A stretch of 64,000 nucleotides of DNA. Source: Curvularia clavata (taxonomy: Eukaryota). Both the position numbers and the translations under genes were made by a program. The notes under the pieces are model-generated. The model searched no databases, was not told where the DNA came from, and saw only the letters and a program-made list of their open reading frames with translations. Positions 25,593 to 36,834 of the stretch are shown here, one piece after another. The stretch spans positions 2,914,001 to 2,978,000 of the forward strand of contig CP089274.1 of assembly GCA_023920165.1 (NCBI GenBank). The letters run 5' to 3'. Position 1 is the stretch's first letter; the number at the start of each line of letters is the position of its first letter.

Positions 25593-26287
25593 ATGCGTTT
25601 CCAAGCTACCGTCCTTGCCTTTGCGGCTACCCTCGCTTTCACCGGCGCCCAGGACCTTTCCCAAGTCCCCCAGTGCGCTGTAAGTGATCCATCTCTACGT
25701 GTGCTTCTTGTTCGGGCGACGCGACAAACAATGCATCGGACGAGAGCATACCGCTGCTTTTCAATGGCAAGCAATTGACTAACCGGCCTCTTAGATTCCT
25801 TGCTTCGTCGCTGCTCTGCCCGCCTCCAAGTGCGGTTCCACCGACATCAAGTGCCAGTGCACCACTGGCCGTGAGCCCATGCAGGCGTCTCTCATGGCTT
25901 GCGTTCCCACCAAGTGCTCCCAGGAGGATGCTCTGAGTACGTTGCCCTCCCTGCGCTCCTCGCAATCTTGTTGCGAATCAAACGCGTCCTAACCAATCCA
26001 CTACAGAGATCATCCCTGCCGTCTCCGGTCTCTGCGCCGCCGCCGGCATCTCCCTCAGCGACATCCCCACTGCCACCTCTGCTGCTGGCACCGCTGCTGC
26101 CACCTCGCCTGCCGGCAACAGCGCCTCTCCCTCCGCCTCCGGCTCTCCCTCTGCCTCCGGCTCTTCTTCCAGGCCCTCCGGCTCCGGCACCTCCTCCACT
26201 GCTCCTCAGTCTACTGGTGCTGCCTCTGGCAATGCCGTCGCCTTCGGTGCCGTTGCCCTTGGTCTCGCCGCTGCTTTCGGTTTGTAA
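25593..26287 (+). CDS. GPI-anchored CFEM-domain cell-surface protein (169 aa)
   Basis: Exons 25593-25679, 25795-25936 and 26007-26287. Signal peptide MRFQATVLAFAATLAFTGA, 8-Cys CFEM (PQCA|IPC..CGSTDIKCQC..CVPTKC..LC), S/A/T-rich stalk, hydrophobic GPI tail AVAFGAVALGLAAAFGL. Not visible as one ORF in the track. Confidence 0.92.
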
Positions 26288-26652
26288 GCGCCTCTTTGTC
26301 CTTGGGACGTGGGTGTCTATGGGGGATAGTTGGGGATGAGATTGAGGATGGAACAAACATATACCTTTTATCTTCTTTTTTTGCTTTCTTCCTCTAGCAT
26401 ATGGAGAAAGGCGAACACGAGTATTGCTATTCACTTGTGGGAATTTGTACGCACTACTTAAGATAAGAATGTCGAATACCCTTAATTTTTACGCTTTTAT
26501 GTCTTTGATTCTTATTCTTCTTGATCAATGTTTGGACTATTGAGTCTGTGTTGTGATGTCAAATCAATCCATCAATTGGAATTTCTCTTAGAGATGGTGA
26601 ATACCTAGTATGTATGCCTTGTGCTCTCTACCTAGTGCTCATCTGCCTACCC

Positions 26653-27825
26653 TCACGCAACCTCTTCCAAAGCTCCAACCCACTTTCCTGACCAAACCGT
26701 AAACTCGTCGTCCTCGCCACTCCAGCTCTTCTCCACTAGCCGTACCGCCGCCTTTGCCTCCTGGCAGCACTTATCCAACGTCTCCTTCGCCTCATCGGCA
26801 TCGAGGTCGTAAAACGCAGCGGCAATATCGTCCACTGTTTCTGGAATGTCTTTGAGCAGACGCATGACCTCGTTGAGTTTCTGGCTGGGTGTTTGTTGTT
26901 TCGTCTCTTCTTTTTCGCCCCCCTCTTTGATTTCTTGTATCCTGCTGTTGGACGAAGTAGATGCAGTAGGTTCGAGAATCGACGACGCAGGATACGTCTT
27001 CAACCTCCTCTTGACCAGCGCCTGGTACAAAATGCCCATCATCTTCAACTTTTTGAGACTATGCTCCAACAGCGCCTTGAGCGCCTCATCATCCTTGCCT
27101 AACTTTTTCTCTGTGCCAAAAAGTTCGTTTTCGTCATCACTCCCTTCCGCTTCGTCGTCGTCTTCGTCGTCATCCACGTCCTCTCCCCACTCTTTCAACT
27201 CCTCAATCGCATCCATCAGCACTGCCCTAAACGCTTGTGCCTTCTTCACCACGAGCCCTACTACGCCCTCGCTGCATAGTCGCCCAACCCCATCGCACGC
27301 ATCCCACACCACACCCGTCGCAGCCAATACCTCCTGCTTCTCGGCCTCAGTCACGGACTGTTGGTCCTTCTTCCCCTGCTTCATCTTCTCTGCAATCCGC
27401 AGCACAACGCTCAGTACCTCGCTCCAACTTCCCAGCAGTGCTTTCACCTGCGCACGCATCTCCGCTCGCATAATGTCCCCTACGTCTCCTCTTTGCCCGG
27501 GCCCAGGCACGTAGCTGGCTGCGGCCACCATGCCGCTGAGCGGGCCTTCGCTCACGTTGCCCATCTTGGTTACGACGGCAGAGGGTGTCAGCGGCGGGTT
27601 GATGAGGAGCAGCGAGAGGGTGGTCGTGTGCGATTTTAACAACGTGGTGCTTGAATTGAGGAGCTCGAGGGGGTTGGGGATTTCGGTCGATGAGGCCCCA
27701 GCAGCGGTGGTGGTAGAGAGGGCATTGTTTTTGCTGGGTGTGAGCGACGATTGGTAGTGTGTGATGAGTGTTTGGGTCGTTTTCGTAACTTCGATGAGCG
27801 TAGAGAGGTCCTTTGGCTTCGACAT
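26653..27825 (-). CDS. Conserved helical protein, GCIP/CCNDBP1 (Grap2 and cyclin-D-interacting)-like, 390 aa
   Basis: Intronless ATG-to-stop ORF with TGVVWDACD and LMDAIEELKEW followed by an acidic tract. Family recognised from memory. Confidence 0.72.
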   Translation of the reverse strand: MSKPKDLSTLIEVTKTTQTLITHYQSSLTPSKNNALSTTTAAGASSTEIPNPLELLNSSTTLLKSHTTTLSLLLINPPLTPSAVVTKMGNVSEGPLSGMVAAASYVPGPGQRGDVGDIMRAEMRAQVKALLGSWSEVLSVVLRIAEKMKQGKKDQQSVTEAEKQEVLAATGVVWDACDGVGRLCSEGVVGLVVKKAQAFRAVLMDAIEELKEWGEDVDDDEDDDEAEGSDDENELFGTEKKLGKDDEALKALLEHSLKKLKMMGILYQALVKRRLKTYPASSILEPTASTSSNSRIQEIKEGGEKEETKQQTPSQKLNEVMRLLKDIPETVDDIAAAFYDLDADEAKETLDKCCQEAKAAVRLVEKSWSGEDDEFTVWSGKWVGALEEVA

Positions 27826-28339
27826 TTTGACTGGGAGTGTTTTCTCTTGGTTTTTTTCTTCTACTCTTTTTATTTTTGGCCTGCGTTGCCTAGCGACTGT
27901 GTGTTAAAAAAACCCCAAGGTTTAGCTTGTAAGGCGCGTCAAGTGTTGACCGAAAAAAAGTTGGCGGGGTTGTGAGACAGGAACAAAAAAGTTTATCGAT
28001 AACAGCGGCGCAAATACGCCTCCACGATTTAGTACCATGCGTGGGTGCTTGGGAAACCTCTCCAGTCGAGTATTCATTTGTTAGAGAGAGTTAATTTATC
28101 ATTCGGTTGATCGGTGTGTAGCAGACGCAATTATTTCACTACTCGGAGCCAGATTCTCATTTACATGATTGAACCTTTTCTGACTACCTTCAATACATCT
28201 AACAGCAGCAAAACCACAGACTGGGTATATCTTGCTTTTAACTTCTTGACAACAACCTCAAGTCTAGCCATAAATTATCCAAGCAACGCGAGTCAACCGC
28301 AGTACGCCCAGATCACCTCATTGTTTCCTACTTCCTCGC

Positions 28340-30156
28340 TTACAACTCATTGTGTTCTGGCACAGCCTTCTGAACTTCTACACCACACACGGCCGGTGTG
28401 CCCACTTCCATCCTATACACACACTTCTCCTCCTCAACGATCTTCCAGAGCTCATCCTTCTCTGCACACGCCAAAATGACCAGCGTACTCCTGTTAGGAC
28501 CGTTCCAGCAATGCTGACCATTCTCGTACTTGAGAGCAATACGCTCGCCGCTGCCCAAGCCTTTGCCATCTGCAGGTAGTTCCTCATCAACAGTAATCGA
28601 CTCGATGCGAACAAAGTTGCCCATTCCTGTATGACCGCCGCCTTTCTTGGGCTTCTGTGTTGTTCTGGACAGGAAGCAGTGTTCGTACGTGTATTCACCA
28701 GAATCGGTGGAAACACAGACGTCTTTCAATGCACGGAAGATGGAGTCTGGGCCATAGTCCTTGGTGAGATCTTCTTCATGCCTGGTCAATTCAGACTTGT
28801 CGTTCTCGAGTTCCCTCTTCGCTGCTTCAAGCTGCGACTTTGCATCGCTAACTGCCTTGGATTCAGGAGCATCCGCAGATGTGGGATCAGCGAGTATTCC
28901 GTTCTCAATGAGCATGACACGCAGATCGCGAAGTTTGCCGTCAACCCAGCCACGGATGGATTCGGGCAGATACTCCTCAAACTGGTAAACTGCATATTTA
29001 TCAGCCGCTAAACCAAAAATACCGCTGTAGTTGGACTCACGGAGATCTACATCAGACTCCTCTACCTTCTCAAAGTCGTCCCAATTGATAGCGCTCTCAG
29101 AGTCTGGTTTGAGAATGTCATCAAGGTCTCGATCTAAAGCCTCGTTGGGTCCTGGTCTTTCTTGCGCAGCATAGTTCTCCCATGCCTGTACTGCACGCTT
29201 TACGCCCTCATCGTTGAAATTGGGGTTGTACTCCTCCTTGAAGCGGGTCAGCATGCCTTCCAGATCGGCAACTCTGGCTCGCGCAGAGTCCCTCTCGTTA
29301 CGCAATCGGTGGATGTTGTCAGTAAGCTCCTGGATCCGCTGCTTCGCGAGGCCAGCCAGTACGGTGACTTTGCCGCCCTTGCCAGCGCCCTTGGCTACCT
29401 TGCCACGCTCTGCCCTCTCAATCTCGGCCAGGCTCTTGGTCAGCCCGTCAACTTTCAGTGTGGCGCCCTCGATTTGAGTCTTGAGTGTCTGAATGCGATC
29501 CTCGACCTCCTTGCGCAGACGTCCAGCCTCAGCCACCAACTCTTTCCGCCGTTGCCTAGCAGCTGCGAGGCTCTTTTGTCTTGCATCATCTGCTTTCCTC
29601 CATTCTTTGCCGATAGCCGCACAGCGGTCTTCACACTTGATACCGCCTACGTGTTCGTATTCATCACTCCCATCACAGCAGAGCTCATAATCGCAGGCGC
29701 CGTCGTTGACGCTAGTGAACGGAATGTAACTAGGCTGGTGGCCCTTGTTCTTGCAGTAGAACCCCGGCAGAGCAGGTGTAGTGTTTACGTCTTTTCCATC
29801 GGCACCTATGGGCTGTGGTGGGGAAAGTGGTGAGAGGTAGGAGCAGGCCGAGGTGCCAGGCTCGTCGGAGCCGTCGGGACAGTCGCAGTAGTCGTCGTTC
29901 AGGCGCGCAACGGGGAGTTTGATGGAAGGTTCCGAGATACAAGTGAATGTCTCGGCATCCTTGTAGTACTTTGCAACTAGACATTGGCCGTCAGCATGCA
30001 GAGCTCTATTCAATGCAGCTGTCCATGAGCTGCAAGTGGGTGCAACGTACACTCCGGACCTACACCTCGCGGCCGGGAGGGCTCTGAGGCCGCATCGGCC
30101 GTGGCGGCGAGAAGGGGAAGTATCAAGGCAAGCGAGGATACGTGCTTTCTCCCCAT
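28340..30156 (-). CDS. GTB1: Glucosidase II beta subunit (PRKCSH/Gtb1), ~563 aa
   Basis: Exons 30156-30051, 29976-29041 and 28989-28340. Signal peptide, RPRGVGPE|FAKYY, LNDDYCDCPDGSDEPGTSAC, coiled coil, MRH domain (GEYTYEHC..YENGQHCWNGPNRS..EEEKCVY), C-terminal HNEL. Confidence 0.95.
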
Positions 30157-30329
30157 TGTTCCAGTGTGACGAGAGGAATTGGAGTTTGAAACTACAGCTT
30201 GGTTGAGATGCCACATCAACATAGGTCCAGGGTCCAGTTTCAAGGCCAATCAGATGGCGTCTGTGCGCCCATCCTCGAGGCTCACTTGTAACATCCCCAC
30301 CTCCGCCTCCGCTCTGCCATGTAACCAAC

Positions 30330-30350
30330 ATCTCATCTCATCTCATCTCA
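30330..30350 (+). repeat. (ATCTC)4 pentanucleotide microsatellite upstream of GTB1
   Basis: atctcatctcatctcatctca read directly. Confidence 0.85.
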
Positions 30351-30625
30351 CTTCATTACTACTCGTAAATCGAGCTTGTTTCCCTAACAACTGCCTTCTG
30401 TACCGTAAGGTTAGCATATGACGACCCGTAAAATCAGCCCCTACGTTCCCTAGTTTACTGTATTATGTGGATACGAAGTCGTAGCATGTGCAAGAAGCTT
30501 TTCAAAGTTGACGGGGTTTGTTTTTGTCAATCGCAAATTATCTACAAAAATCCACGTCTTATATGTCCGCCCATTACAACCATCTTGTGACATTTAAGTC
30601 ATGTCCTCACACTCCACCTCCAAGC

Positions 30626-32291
30626 CTATAATGGGTTCGCCCCTTTAGGTAGCTTGACCTTGAAGATGAGAATTTGAGTATCGATGTTGTTCCCGCTAGC
30701 ATCCGCGTACTTGTTTTGACCGAAATTGATGTAGCCTGTGAAGTGTTAGTCAAACAGACTTGGCCTCAAGAAGTTCACCTTACCATTTTGCGTGATAAAG
30801 TCATTGTCTGAAAAGGATACGAGATAGTACTCCTTTCCTTCATCCTCTTGCTGCCTACTGCTCCTACCAATCTCATCCTGTTTGTCGACTGGCAGCATGG
30901 CGAAGCTCTCCCACTTTTCATTGAGTAACGTGGAATCTTGGTTGCCGCCGTTGTGAAGGCCAAACTTGCCTAGCTCGTTATTGTTGTTGTATGAAAGCCA
31001 CGGGCAGTAAGTAGCAGGTACAATATCGCTCTTTAATTGGCCATCTTTGCTCGCAATCTGTCCACCGATGGCATCTGCCGCGGTTCCCGCCAGATTAGTT
31101 GCATTCGAAATATCAATGACATCGGCGTTGCGGTAGATGGACTCAGTGCTTTCGGCCCCTTTACCTGCGTTTGAATCACGCGCGAGCACAAGGAACTGCG
31201 TTTCTGAGATGTAATGCATCTCTGACTGACTAGCGACGCGTCCCGTGGAGAGCAGTGGGAGTTGAACAGCGTATTCAGCCTCCAAAATTGTCTTTTGATC
31301 CTTGACACGATATTTGAGAAGACGGGTGTTGCGACGCTTCTTCGAGGAGCTGCCGCCATCCTGCATGGTAGCGCTTTGAAGCATTGCGTACAAGTATTTG
31401 CCATCCGGACTGGCAGTCAGAGCCTCTAGGCCTTGATTATTGCCCCGACCACTTGTAGGATCCCCAGGCACAATCTCAAAGTCGGGGTCGTAGACGGGTG
31501 GAGAATTGGCGCTGAAGCTATCGGTGCCATTGCGCTGAGGAACAAAGGCATCAGGAGAACGAACTGCCTTGATCATCTTGCCTTTGCTGTTGAATTGGTA
31601 CACATAAGCAGCATACTCGTCACTGATCCAGAACGTCTTGTCGTCTCCGAGTACCAAGCCTTCAGTGTCGAGAGAGACACGAGCACCGCCAGTACCGTTT
31701 TGACCAAATCCATTTCCGACATCTGTGTTGGTCAGTGACATATTTTAAAGCTAAGATCTAGAACCTACACTTCGCCAAGGGAAGCTTGGGGAATCCCGGA
31801 TATGTGATGGTATCAGTGGGATCCAGACCAGTCAGTGGTGTGCCATCAGGACCAGTGAGGAGCAAAGTGTCTAGGTATGAAACCTGAAAGTTTGGGCTCA
31901 CTGGGCTTGCTGCCGTAGCTCTGACTGGCGTGAACTTGACACTGAATTTATGAATCCTAGTCTGTGTGTTCTGTGTTCCTTGAGTATTCCAACCACGATC
32001 AGGAAGGCCCCAGACTACACCCTCGTAGGACTCCTTCTTGTACTTCCACGACTTCTTCTCGAAGGCGATGGCACTTCCAATGCCACCAATTGTGTCTCCA
32101 AATTTGTCACGAGCATCGCTGGCTATCAATCCATAGCCTGCAAGCCTTTCGTAGGTGTAGAGCTTGCCATTGCATGTGGTGACATTTGCTGCAGCCTGGG
32201 TTGTAGAACCTTGGTCGCGAGAGGTAACAGGGCTAGCAATGGCGTGATACACCGGAAAAGTCAAAAGACTGAGGGAAATGGCGAAAAGCAT
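30626..32291 (-). CDS. Secreted protein of the 'esterase-like activity of phytase' (beta-propeller) family, ~523 aa
   Basis: Exons 32291-31769, 31722-30784 and 30735-30626 with canonical GT-AG introns. Signal peptide; motifs GDTIGGIGS, LPDRGWN, LDTEGL..FWISDEY, NNQGLEAL, NEKWE and SDNDF. Confidence 0.87.
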
Positions 32292-32884
32292 CTTGACGAT
32301 CAGCTTACTGTCGTGTGCCTGGACAGGGGAAATCGAGGAGCCATGGGACAGCTATATCAATAGCTGCAATGTGAGATACGGCACCCGATGAGGCGACCCG
32401 CCAGTGAGGTACGGAAGAACATCCTGGCTGCATGTTTCTCGTTCGAACCACACGTGTGCTGTTTGTTTGGCTGATGGCAATGAGTCGATAGTTCTCATAC
32501 CAGGATGCCTGCATAGCGGCTCGGATTAGCCGTGGGGTGGGCGGATAGCGTCAAAATGGAGGGATGTGGGGGACGAATACTTTTAGTGCAATGCCATTTC
32601 AGAGCCATGGCAATCCACAACCTAGAAATTGAAGCTCCAGTAGTTGCTTGGTCAATGGTCTGAAGTCGTGGGGATAGCAGCGCACGTTGTTCATACGTGG
32701 GCTGTGAATGGCTGACGAGGGGTTTGCCGAGGCACACGACTTGTTTGGTGGCGCAAGGGGTCTATACATTTTCGTCACTGCCCTTGTTAGTCCTAGAAAC
32801 TTCCTGTGCTGCAGTATCGGTCAGCTTCATGTGCTCCAGATGCGATTTCCACCAGGAAGTGGGTGCAGCCCAGGGGAAGCAGAT

Positions 32885-35054
32885 ATGGAGATACCACGTT
32901 ACACTCCTTCCCTTGCCATAGACGTCTCTTGTTATCCAGTACGACCACCATGTCTTCGTTGCATTTCCACCTCACTTCTGCCCTAAACCCATACTCACTC
33001 ACCAGGCTGAAACCCTAACTTCCTACTCGAAAAACCATCACTACTAGCAGACTAGCGACTCGCTATTTTTGGTGCAGCAGTTTTGTTTGATGACACTCTC
33101 AGCACTCACGGAAAACCTGAAATTGACTTCGGGTGACGATCTTGTTACTAAAGTTACCCCATATCTTGTGTCTGATAATGAATATTTCACTTCAGATGTG
33201 CCCTCGTCAGGTTCGAGTGGAGCAGAAGAATCACACTTGGCCTCTACCACTGCCGTAGTAAACGACATCGAAGGAGTCGAAAACCATGCTGAGGATGCGG
33301 CCAATCCGGTTTCCAAAACGACTCCGAGACGTCGACTGAAGAGATCCGTGGGCGATTCAACCATCTCAAGCGGACCACGGCATGAGCCAGAAACTGCTGT
33401 CGTGGCTTTGAACGCGTTTCGATCCAAAAACTATATGTACCATTTGCAACATGCAGTTCTGTTCTTAGCGCATACTTCGCTGCAGCTATCTCGCACATCC
33501 GGAGGGCGATCTGCTACTAAACCACGATACAAGTTGAAGTCTGGTGAACAAAAAGCTGCCGAATCATCCATGAGCTTTCATCATGATCCTAGATTGGGCC
33601 GGCCTCGTCATGGATTGACAGGGAATAAGACATTGACAGAGACACGACCAGTCTCGACCAGATGCACTGCGTTACGCTCAAGTTCTGATTCAGATTTGGC
33701 TGGAGCATTTAAAGGCCCAAAGCCGCACGCCTGCGATCCGCCATCGAAGTCTTACGTCAAGTACCGAGCGAAAAGTGACACTTCCATGCCACCTAGTGCG
33801 CTACAACGATGCAAAACTGAGGCTGGATCTAAAGCTCTTCCGCGCATCAAGACCGTCAGCTTCAAGAGCAACAATCGGAACGATCGTGAACACAGTCACC
33901 TGGCCCCTGCAGTAAATTCTATATCAAAGAGTTCGATAGATGCCCTGATGCATGATGAAATCACAAACTCCAGTAGAGCCAACAAACAAAGAAGGATGGT
34001 CAGAAACTTCTTTTTGTTTCCTAATGCTATATGCGTGGCCAAGAGCAGTGTGGCAGACCCAGCGATTACACGAACAGATGTACATGTGATCGCTATTCCG
34101 CCCTCTCGGGACGCACGCAACATTGCCAATGTAGAAGGAATCGATCCAGCTACGTCAACCATGCCGACCATAGAAACAAGGAATGACAGCTATGAGGTGA
34201 TATGGGACGACATAATGCCGGAGCTGAACACCAGAGTAAGAGGACGGCGGAGCTCCTCTACAGGTCATTCTCTTGAAACAGTCAGCTCTGGTGCAAGGCA
34301 TGGCCTTGAACGGGTCGATTCAAAGCTTGCACATTGGTCTGGAACCTGGAATCGCGCGTCGGACAGTTTCAAGCCCACCATTGTCGTGTTCCCGGACGAT
34401 GATGGCCGGGCTAGGGGCTTCGAATGTACTATTGAGGATCAAGCTGATCCTCCGTTGCCAGCACCTCCGAATAGTCAAGTTACTAGTGTCACTTCTTCCC
34501 GTAATGCCTCTCGTCCAGAGAGTAGGTCCCTGACTAGGACAGCTTCCCGTGAAGATATGCTACCAGGGGTGTTGGCAAATGGAAGACACCAGCATGCTTT
34601 ACCAGATCTGCCGCCACCCTCAGAAGAAGCTTTTTTCGTGGCCCGTCCTAGATTTCCACGCAAAAAACAAAGGAACAAGTACTCTGCAATGGTCCGGCAG
34701 CTCTCAAGTCTCAAGGAAGCAGATTCGAACTTTTATGGTCACCGCGACGCTGTTTCTTTAACACATGCGCATCTCATCCGCTCGGAAAGAGCCTCACCCA
34801 CGCCATTTGAGCACCAAGATTCCTACATTATCGTCAAACAGCGAATGAAAAATGGAGCTGAGGACATGCTGGTAGAAAGCACGAGTTCTTCATCTAATGA
34901 TTTGTCGACCAGGATTGACAGTGGCGTACCTGAAGTGTCGCTTTCTGTGGTAAAAGAGCATGCTGCACATACACTAAAGAATAGCAGACCAGTCTCAATT
35001 CTTCGATCACCTCAGCATTTGACCGATCAGCAGCATATCCGGATTGTAGAATGA
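32885..35054 (+). CDS. Hypothetical protein (~686 aa), S/R-rich and mostly disordered
   Basis: 2-kb open frame 33048-35054. A possible first exon 32885-32938 joins in phase 0 via GTACGA..CTAAC(33015)..TAG/CAG (33047/33050). The 5' end is uncertain; an alternative ATG is at 33090. Confidence 0.62.
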
Positions 35055-35616
35055 TTGCGTATCATGGGCTGACGCCGACCAGTGGTAAATTCAGCAGCTG
35101 AAGATACGCGGTGATTGGTAGCCGCCTGTTGCAAGGTTTTCTTGAGAAGTCACCCCGGCATTGAGTAAATTTCAAAGATGATGCTCGTTCCTATACCTTG
35201 TAGCTTTATGACTGGGTGCGACATGGGCTTGAGACGGTAGAAGGCGTCAGCGGTTGCCAAGGCCGATGGGAGCACCGGCTTTCAGTTACATCTCCCTACT
35301 CATAACATGGCCTACTTATAATTCGTCAAACTGCTATCCCAACGCGCTCAGTGTGCTCTTATGTTTGTATCATGAGATATATGGCGATGCACGCTCTGTC
35401 TGGTCATGAACACTATGCCTTCGGCGCGTTGTATTGAGCTTTCCCCGCACTGTAGTACCTATACCGCCTCTCGCTGTAACGCATGCTGCTGATGCCAGCA
35501 CTTTCGTGTCCTGACTACCACACGACTTATAACACAGCTCTACTAAGATGAATAACTACTGCTAATGATCACAAGCTAGCGCATTAGATCACACAACAGA
35601 GACCAAAGAAGCTAGA

Positions 35617-35692
35617 GTCGATGGAGTCGGTGTCAATAAAGCCAATAGGGTCAATAGAGTCAATGGCGTCAATAAGGTCAATAGGGACAATT
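35617..35692 (+). repeat. Degenerate 9-bp minisatellite (GTCAATARR-like unit, about 7 clear copies plus decayed copies)
   Basis: gtcgatgga gtcggt gtcaataaa gccaatagg gtcaataga gtcaatggc gtcaataag gtcaatagg gacaatt. Confidence 0.85.
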
Positions 35693-35899
35693 GTTAGCGC
35701 GGTTTACAGGCTACCTTGAGTGTTTGACAAAGAAAATTGGCACTGAACGCGTGGACTTCTTGAGGCTCGATATGTAGCATCTAACAAGTTGTGTCGCAGC
35801 AGGTGTTTGAGCGTCCACGATGATCAACGCGACGCTGCATAAACGCCGTTTCCCTTCATTTGATGAGTCCGATCTTTCAATCAGAGGAAATTCTTTGTA

Positions 35900-36834
35900 A
35901 TGCCAGTACCTACATCCCCCAAATCAAGCCACAACGCATCGGCCATGGAGTTCGCGACTAAGGAGAGTCCAAAGCATCATCATCATCAGCAGCGATACGA
36001 TGCGCTGCACAACGTCGACGAATCTGATTCAAGCACCGAGGTTGATGACGCCTGGGATACAGAGATTGCCGCTCAGCCCAGGCGAAAACGGAAGACAGTC
36101 TGGACATGGATGAAGAGATGTCGGTGGATGCTCGACACGATACTTTTGTTGGTGATTGTCGGCCTTCTGGCAGAGAAGAGATGGCATCACCATATGAAGA
36201 GCCATGTGTACGAGCTTGCAGGTGATATCACGGGGTTTGCCCCAACCTTCTCCCAGCAGATTGTCAAGTTCGAGCCCAATCCTGTGTTTGCTCCCGAGGA
36301 GCCATCAGAATTTTGGAGCAATGAGACGCAGCATGCATGGCTGAGTATCGTTCCTGGTATGAGCTGAGGTCACTGGCGTTGGATACGAGCGTTGCTGACA
36401 GAGTCAAAGAGGGCCTGGGTTACGTCAACGTGAAGAATCCCTCAGAATACTCGAATTTACCCCACCCAATTCACGATTATACCAACCAGACCGTGTTTAC
36501 TACCTCGGTCACTCACCAGCTGCACTGCCTGTACTCGATACTACAATCGTATAATTCCATGAGGCTTGCGGTTGCGTCAGCGCTACCTGTGGACCCCGTG
36601 AAGAAGCCATGGCATGTCAACCACTGCTTCGAGTACATTAGACAAGCGATTATGTGTGCGGGGGACGTGGCGCTAGAAGGTGCTGCCACGAGCTTCCCAG
36701 GCAGCGAGAACGGCGAGGACCAAGGGGGGAGCGACGGATGGGACGCAAAACACGTGTGCAAGGATTATGGGCAGGTGTACGAGTACTTGGAGAGAGAGAC
36801 GATCAATCACATGAAGTGGATCTCGTCGGAGTAG
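35900..36834 (+). CDS. UstYa/DUF3328-family oxidase, type II membrane protein (293 aa)
   Basis: Exons 35900-36356 and 36410-36834 (GTATGA..GCTGAC..AAG; junction WLSIVP|EGLGYV). Basic patch plus one TM segment; two HxxHC motifs (HQLHCL and HVNHCFEYIRQAIMCAGDVALEG); GW..KHVCKDY. Confidence 0.92.

Noticed and set aside
30157..30331. N-terminal extension of the 663-aa ORF upstream of GTB1
   Set aside because: The true signal-peptide exon is in another frame (ATG30156) and is joined by intron 29977-30050.
35585..35703. Calling the CCVI-ending minus-strand frame an a-factor-like pheromone or RiPP precursor gene
   Set aside because: An in-frame TAA lies immediately upstream with no ATG, and the one plausible splice I tried gives a different frame. 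Kept only as a repeat finding.
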